NCBI GenBank assembly: GCA_963712115.1
Contig: CAVQGX010000046.1
Location: forward strand, 89,282-153,281
Length of the DNA stretch: 64,000 nucleotides
From: an uncultured delta proteobacterium
GTDB lineage: Bacteria; Desulfobacterota; Syntrophobacteria; BM002
Direction: 5' to 3'
Position numbers and translations under genes: made by a program. Each line of letters begins with the position of its first letter. Positions within the stretch are counted from its first letter, which is position 1. Below the pieces are notes generated by a model. That model was not told where the DNA came from, did not search any database, and saw only the letters and a program-made list of their open reading frames with translations. Positions 60,071-64,000 of the stretch are shown piece after piece.

Positions 60071-60160
60071 TATGCTAAGTTACTTCTTGGACAGAGAGCC
60101 TTCTCTGTCCGGTGCCCCGACCCCCAGCTGCTAAGTGCCCCGGTTGCTGGGGGTTTTTTG
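60071..60160 (+). ncRNA. Candidate small RNA unit
   Basis: TGcTAAGTT extended -10, hairpin GGACAGAGA/TCTCTGTCC, GTGCCCC x2, terminator plus T-tract. Confidence 0.45.
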
Positions 60161-60577
60161 TTGTGATGCAGTCTCACTTGGCACCTTTCCATATCTTGTG
60201 CCAGAGTGAAACCCAGCAGAGCGTAGTGTGTAATGTAAAATCTTGTGGCGTCGACAGGTTGTTGAGAACCAGCATCAGTTTAGTGGATCTGAGTATGAAT
60301 TTGCTTGATTTCCATGGACATTCTTGAGATATTTAATTCGCAACATTTAATCTAGACGGTTCCTTGCTTCGCCAGCAACGGTTGGGGCATTCGGTTACCG
60401 ACGGCGCCAATTCAGTATTCACCTTCCATATCCTCTACAGAAAATCGCCTCAACTTAAGATTGCCATTAAGAGTTTTGTTGGACAGATTCCGGAAAAATT
60501 GATCTGAATGATTTGCTACTTGTACTCCGATAAGTCTTAAAAAATCTCAATTCGGCACCAAGGGAGGGCAAGGCATC

Positions 60578-61798
60578 ATGAAGGTTTATCTTATTACTCA
60601 GGAGGGGCTGAGAGGCGAGAGGATTTTTCTATTAGAAAGTCGCGTCACCATTGGTCGGGCAACAGAGAATGATATTCATTTGACTGAACACTCTGTCTCA
60701 AGGCAGCACGCTGTGGTCTACCTCACAGAAGGGGAGCCCATCGTGGAAGACCTCGACAGTTCTAACGGGACCTTTGTCAACGAGGAACAGGTGAAAAAAG
60801 CGGTCCTGAAGAGCGGAGACGCACTCCGGGTCGGAAAGGTGACGTTTCGGTTCCTTCAAGAAGAAGTTGTAGAAAAGCAAATCGACATCAAGGACACTCA
60901 GGTATTCGAACTGACGGATATAGCGAGTACTTCGGATGAGGAAACCTTACCCCTGAGATCCAGAAGAGTTGTCGGTACCATATCTAAAATCCCAGTGTTT
61001 TCTAGCCTCAGTGAGGAAGGCCTTGAGCAACTCTGTAAGGGAGCAAGATTAGTAGTTTTTGATAAAGGCAAAACAATCATCCGGCACGGTGATTGGGCGA
61101 ATTGTTTATTTGTCATTTTGGATGGCAAGGTTCGAATCTTCACCTACGATCACCAAGGAAAAGATGTTACTTTGCGCTTTCTTTCGGAAAATCATTTTTT
61201 TGGTGAAAGTTCTTTTATTACTGGGCGCCCCAGCACTGCCATGGTTCAAGCAGCAGAGGAGACCCTCCTTTGCAAACTGGATTTCGAGGCTATTCGGGGG
61301 ATAATCCAAGAGTTTCCAATCGTTAAGGGCATACTGGAACAGTATCACCGAGAACGTGACAAGGAGGCGCAAGGCAAAAAGAAGGCAGCCGGCTTTGAAC
61401 AACGGGGCCATCCCCGCTACGAGCTAAGGCTTGCTGTAAATTTCTCTATTTCTCCTAGCTCAAAAGTTTCAGCTCGGTTTCAAGGAAAGACTTTTAAGGC
61501 AGTTAGCTCTGATATTTCAAATGCTGGAGTCCGAATAAAGGTAAAGGATCGAATTCTTCTTGATCTCCCTGTAGGTGGCGATCTCCGTCTGGAGATTACT
61601 TTGCCAAAGCTTTCGGAGCCCATTCGGTGCATCGGAACTCTCCTCCATATTATTGAGGCGAAGGAAGTCAAAGGAACAATCTATCTAGGCATTGAATTCT
61701 CCGAAATATTGGCCGAGGATCTGAAAGAGCTAGAGCATTTCCTTTACACATCGCCCACTACCAGAATAAAAAATCCTAAATACGGTGAGTTAAACTAA
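60578..61798 (+). CDS. FHA + cyclic-nucleotide-binding + PilZ domain protein
   Basis: FHA GR..SRQH..SSNGT; cNMP FFGE; PilZ RGHPR and DISNAG. Confidence 0.85.
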   Translation: MKVYLITQEGLRGERIFLLESRVTIGRATENDIHLTEHSVSRQHAVVYLTEGEPIVEDLDSSNGTFVNEEQVKKAVLKSGDALRVGKVTFRFLQEEVVEKQIDIKDTQVFELTDIASTSDEETLPLRSRRVVGTISKIPVFSSLSEEGLEQLCKGARLVVFDKGKTIIRHGDWANCLFVILDGKVRIFTYDHQGKDVTLRFLSENHFFGESSFITGRPSTAMVQAAEETLLCKLDFEAIRGIIQEFPIVKGILEQYHRERDKEAQGKKKAAGFEQRGHPRYELRLAVNFSISPSSKVSARFQGKTFKAVSSDISNAGVRIKVKDRILLDLPVGGDLRLEITLPKLSEPIRCIGTLLHIIEAKEVKGTIYLGIEFSEILAEDLKELEHFLYTSPTTRIKNPKYGELN

Positions 61799-62200
61799 AC
61801 TCCCTCGATCCTGATATTTATTCTAGGGTATATATATCGAGACTTATATTATAACTCCTCCCACTATTTCGGGAGGAGTTTGCATATCATACTTTAATCC
61901 ACACTTTTCCTCTTAAGATCCAGCTACTATATGTAGTGTTGAATGAGTAGAGGTATTAGCCACTCCTGCCCACAGTCGGGCTCTTCACTTGCCCAACACT
62001 ACTGCGGAGCTTCGCCTCTGTTTTTTCTTTTGCCAACTCTCCATTCGAATTAGAGTCTCTTAGCAATTATCAACCTAGACCAATCAATTCTAGCCTGGAT
62101 GCTTCACCCCTCCGTGCTGCCTCAGCTGAGTAAATTTCTTGATGAACCTGTAACCTTTTTCGCCCTCCATTCGATTAATAAGTATGAAAGGAGAAGAAAA

Positions 62201-62494
62201 ATGAAAAACATCGGTAAGATTATAATAGCCGCTCTTTTGGCAATGTCTCTGGTCGTTTGGGCGTCTCCATCGGAGGCACGGAATGGCCAGTATCGCTCTG
62301 GTCACAGAAACTACTACAAAAATGGTCCCAGGAACCAGAGGTTTGACGGATACCAGCATAATTATCCGAGCCAGCGTTATGACCATTACGGATATGACTA
62401 TAAACCACGCGACTGCCGTAATAGTCACTACTCTAATTTTGGGCTTTACCTCTCGCCCAACAGAACAAGAATCCAGATCAGATTCGGCTTTTGA
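62201..62494 (+). CDS. Small secreted low-complexity protein
   Basis: AAAGGAG RBS, signal peptide ending SEA, Y/H/N/R-rich body. Confidence 0.7.
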   Translation: MKNIGKIIIAALLAMSLVVWASPSEARNGQYRSGHRNYYKNGPRNQRFDGYQHNYPSQRYDHYGYDYKPRDCRNSHYSNFGLYLSPNRTRIQIRFGF

Positions 62495-62640
62495 TGCTGC
62501 CCAAGCGGTGAGGATAATGTTTGCTCCAGATTTTTCATTTTGCAGGCAGGAGGTTAAACATGACTCTCTGAGGTTATGATTTTTGCAAGAACAACGCGGA
62601 GCTTCGGCTCCGCTTTTTTCTATTTCAGCTCAAACACCTT

Positions 62641-62749
62641 TATGGTAAGTTTCTTGACGGTAGGGCGTTGCCCCTAGCCCCGGTAAAACCCTACCAAGTG
62701 CCCCCATTGGCCTCAACTGGACTGGTCAGTGGGGGCTTTTTCTTTTTTT
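62641..62749 (+). ncRNA. Candidate small RNA unit
   Basis: TGgTAAGTT extended -10, stem GGTAGGG/CCCTACC, AGTGCCCCC, terminator plus T-tract. Confidence 0.45.
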
Positions 62750-62787
62750 CTTGTATTAACTTATCTCTTCCGTTATATATCATATCA

Positions 62788-62876
62788 ATTGGGTGGGAAT
62801 TGTGGCCTGCTTCTCCCACCCAAGACTCCTTCCCACCCCCATCGGATATCCTGGCTTCGGTGGGGGTTTTCTTTTT
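62788..62876 (+). ncRNA. Candidate small RNA unit with anti-SD linker
   Basis: Stem TTGGGTGGGA/TCCCACCCAA, linker GACTCCTTCCC, terminator ACCCCCATCGG/TCGGTGGGGGT plus T-tract. Confidence 0.45.
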
Positions 62877-63145
62877 CACCCCTCCAGGCTGCATCTCATT
62901 TGACACAGCCCATTTCATTATCGTATTATGAAATCAGTTCGAGTTCCTACTCTCACTCGCTTTTTGACCGACAATCTTTCAGAACCGCACAGACCTATCA
63001 AAACAAGCAAGGAATTTCTGGCCAGGTGCATAAGTCCGTCCATCGTTGGGAGTTTATTACCTAACCCTACTTTTTAGTTAGGTCTCATTTCAGTGGAGAT
63101 TTATGTCTGTCTCCATCTATAGGACTAGGCAAAAGGAGTATACCT

Positions 63146-63283
63146 GTGGAAGAAAAAAGAATAACTGAACTCCTGGAAGAGATTGTGTTCAATACGGCAT
63201 ACATAGATACTAAGGTCGTCAATGCGATAGAGGAGACAGAAGACCTTCTGAAACAGATATTAGCAGTTCTAGGGAAGCGGTAG
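63146..63283 (+). CDS. 45-aa helical hypothetical protein
   Basis: AAAAGGAG RBS, GTG start, amphipathic sequence; below ORF-track cutoff. Confidence 0.5.
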   Translation: MEEKRITELLEEIVFNTAYIDTKVVNAIEETEDLLKQILAVLGKR

Positions 63284-63490
63284 ACTCTTTTGTTTAAGCC
63301 TGTAATGAAACGTCTGATTCGTACTCATTTGCTTTTTCCTTAAAATTCCTTGCGTATTCTCGGCTTTGCTCAATTTCCTGCTCTCACTCGCTCCTTGAGC
63401 GACAACCTTATAGTCGGTCCCAACTAGTTATTCATTTTTCAAAGAACACGGCATAGGCCGGAGAAGGAAATAGACTCCAATTAAAGAGGT

Positions 63491-63781
63491 ATGATTATGA
63501 CCAAGCTCGAGAAACGACAGTGCTTCAGAACCGTAGCCGCATGGCCTGCTACAATGATTACCCCGCAAGGCTTCCAGGAGGGCGAAACTGTAGACATCAG
63601 TCCGGACGGAGCGTTTGTCCGTTGCCCAAAACCACTTCAGCCTGGAGAGAGGCTTTCTCTGATTGTCACATCTCCTAATAACTATCAGTTTCAATATTCC
63701 GCTCAGGTTGTCTGGTCTTGTACTCCTCGTCAAAATGATGAGAAAATACCTCGTGGCATGGGGGTTATGTTCATATTCTAG
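63491..63781 (+). CDS. Single-domain PilZ protein
   Basis: EKRQCFR (RxxxR), DISPDG (DxSxxG), VVW, GMGVMF. Confidence 0.85.
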   Translation: MIMTKLEKRQCFRTVAAWPATMITPQGFQEGETVDISPDGAFVRCPKPLQPGERLSLIVTSPNNYQFQYSAQVVWSCTPRQNDEKIPRGMGVMFIF

Positions 63782-63823
63782 TGCAACCTAGCCCCACACT
63801 AGCAACCCAATTCAAAGATAGAG

Positions 63824-63973
63824 ATGGCTACATCCCTTGATCCTAACGAAATCAAACGAGTCAAACTCCACTACGTCAAATGCTCCAAGTGCAAAGTCAA
63901 TCTGATGATTAGGCCAACTGAGAATGTATGTCCTGTTTGTGGGAGTAAGCTGCCAAAACCTGTGAAGCGTTGA
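63824..63973 (+). CDS. 49-aa zinc-ribbon protein
   Basis: CSKC...CPVCG; below ORF-track cutoff. Confidence 0.55.
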   Translation: MATSLDPNEIKRVKLHYVKCSKCKVNLMIRPTENVCPVCGSKLPKPVKR

Positions 63974-64000
63974 AAGACGACTATATCTTGTGCCAGACTA

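Larger units (their letters stand above)
54131..64000. mobile_element. Integrative element at tRNA-Ser(GCU); right end not identified
   Basis: int, xis-like, Prim-Pol/AAA replicase and HTH adjacent to tRNA 3' end; extent beyond about 59.2 kb is inferred. Confidence 0.7.

Noticed and set aside
61924-61939. NrdR-box-like ACTATATGTAGTG
   Set aside because: Single copy with no nucleotide-metabolism gene nearby; may be chance.
62546-62570. Strong RBS followed by ATG ACT CTC TGA
   Set aside because: Three codons only; readthrough runs into hairpin-rich non-coding DNA with no protein-like signal.
54131-64000. attR duplicate of the tRNA-Ser 3' end
   Set aside because: No convincing copy found by eye; the element boundary is left open.

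Overview
A gene-dense bacterial chromosome window. Gene content and style suggest an anaerobic Desulfobacterota/deltaproteobacterium (inference only). Positions 1-53.7 kb are core and metabolic genes: RsmF-like methyltransferase, serA, queF-yhhQ, a TetR(FadR)-controlled beta-oxidation operon, a liv ABC transporter, a leucine/isovalerate catabolic cluster, rlmD, a parC-parE-like topoisomerase, truD, lemA-DUF2207, addBA, a frameshifted ABC-F gene and a GT39-like protein. Two tRNA-Ser genes follow. From 54.1 kb an integrative element begins: tyrosine integrase, xis-like gene, a Prim-Pol/AAA replicase broken by an IS3 with a 3-bp TSD, an HTH gene, then probable cargo. Three non-coding signals stand out. 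(i) About 20 intergenic spacers carry degenerate 7/8/9-nt tandem repeats, most as inverted arms and often nested; one pair of arms encloses a four-helix-bundle gene. (ii) Several MITE-like families occur, one supplying the identical SPDV-stop ending to two convergent genes. (iii) The probable cargo holds promoter-hairpin-C-rich-terminator units that look like an array of unannotated small RNAs, next to PilZ/cNMP/FHA signalling proteins. All calls come from reading motifs by eye; no searches were run.
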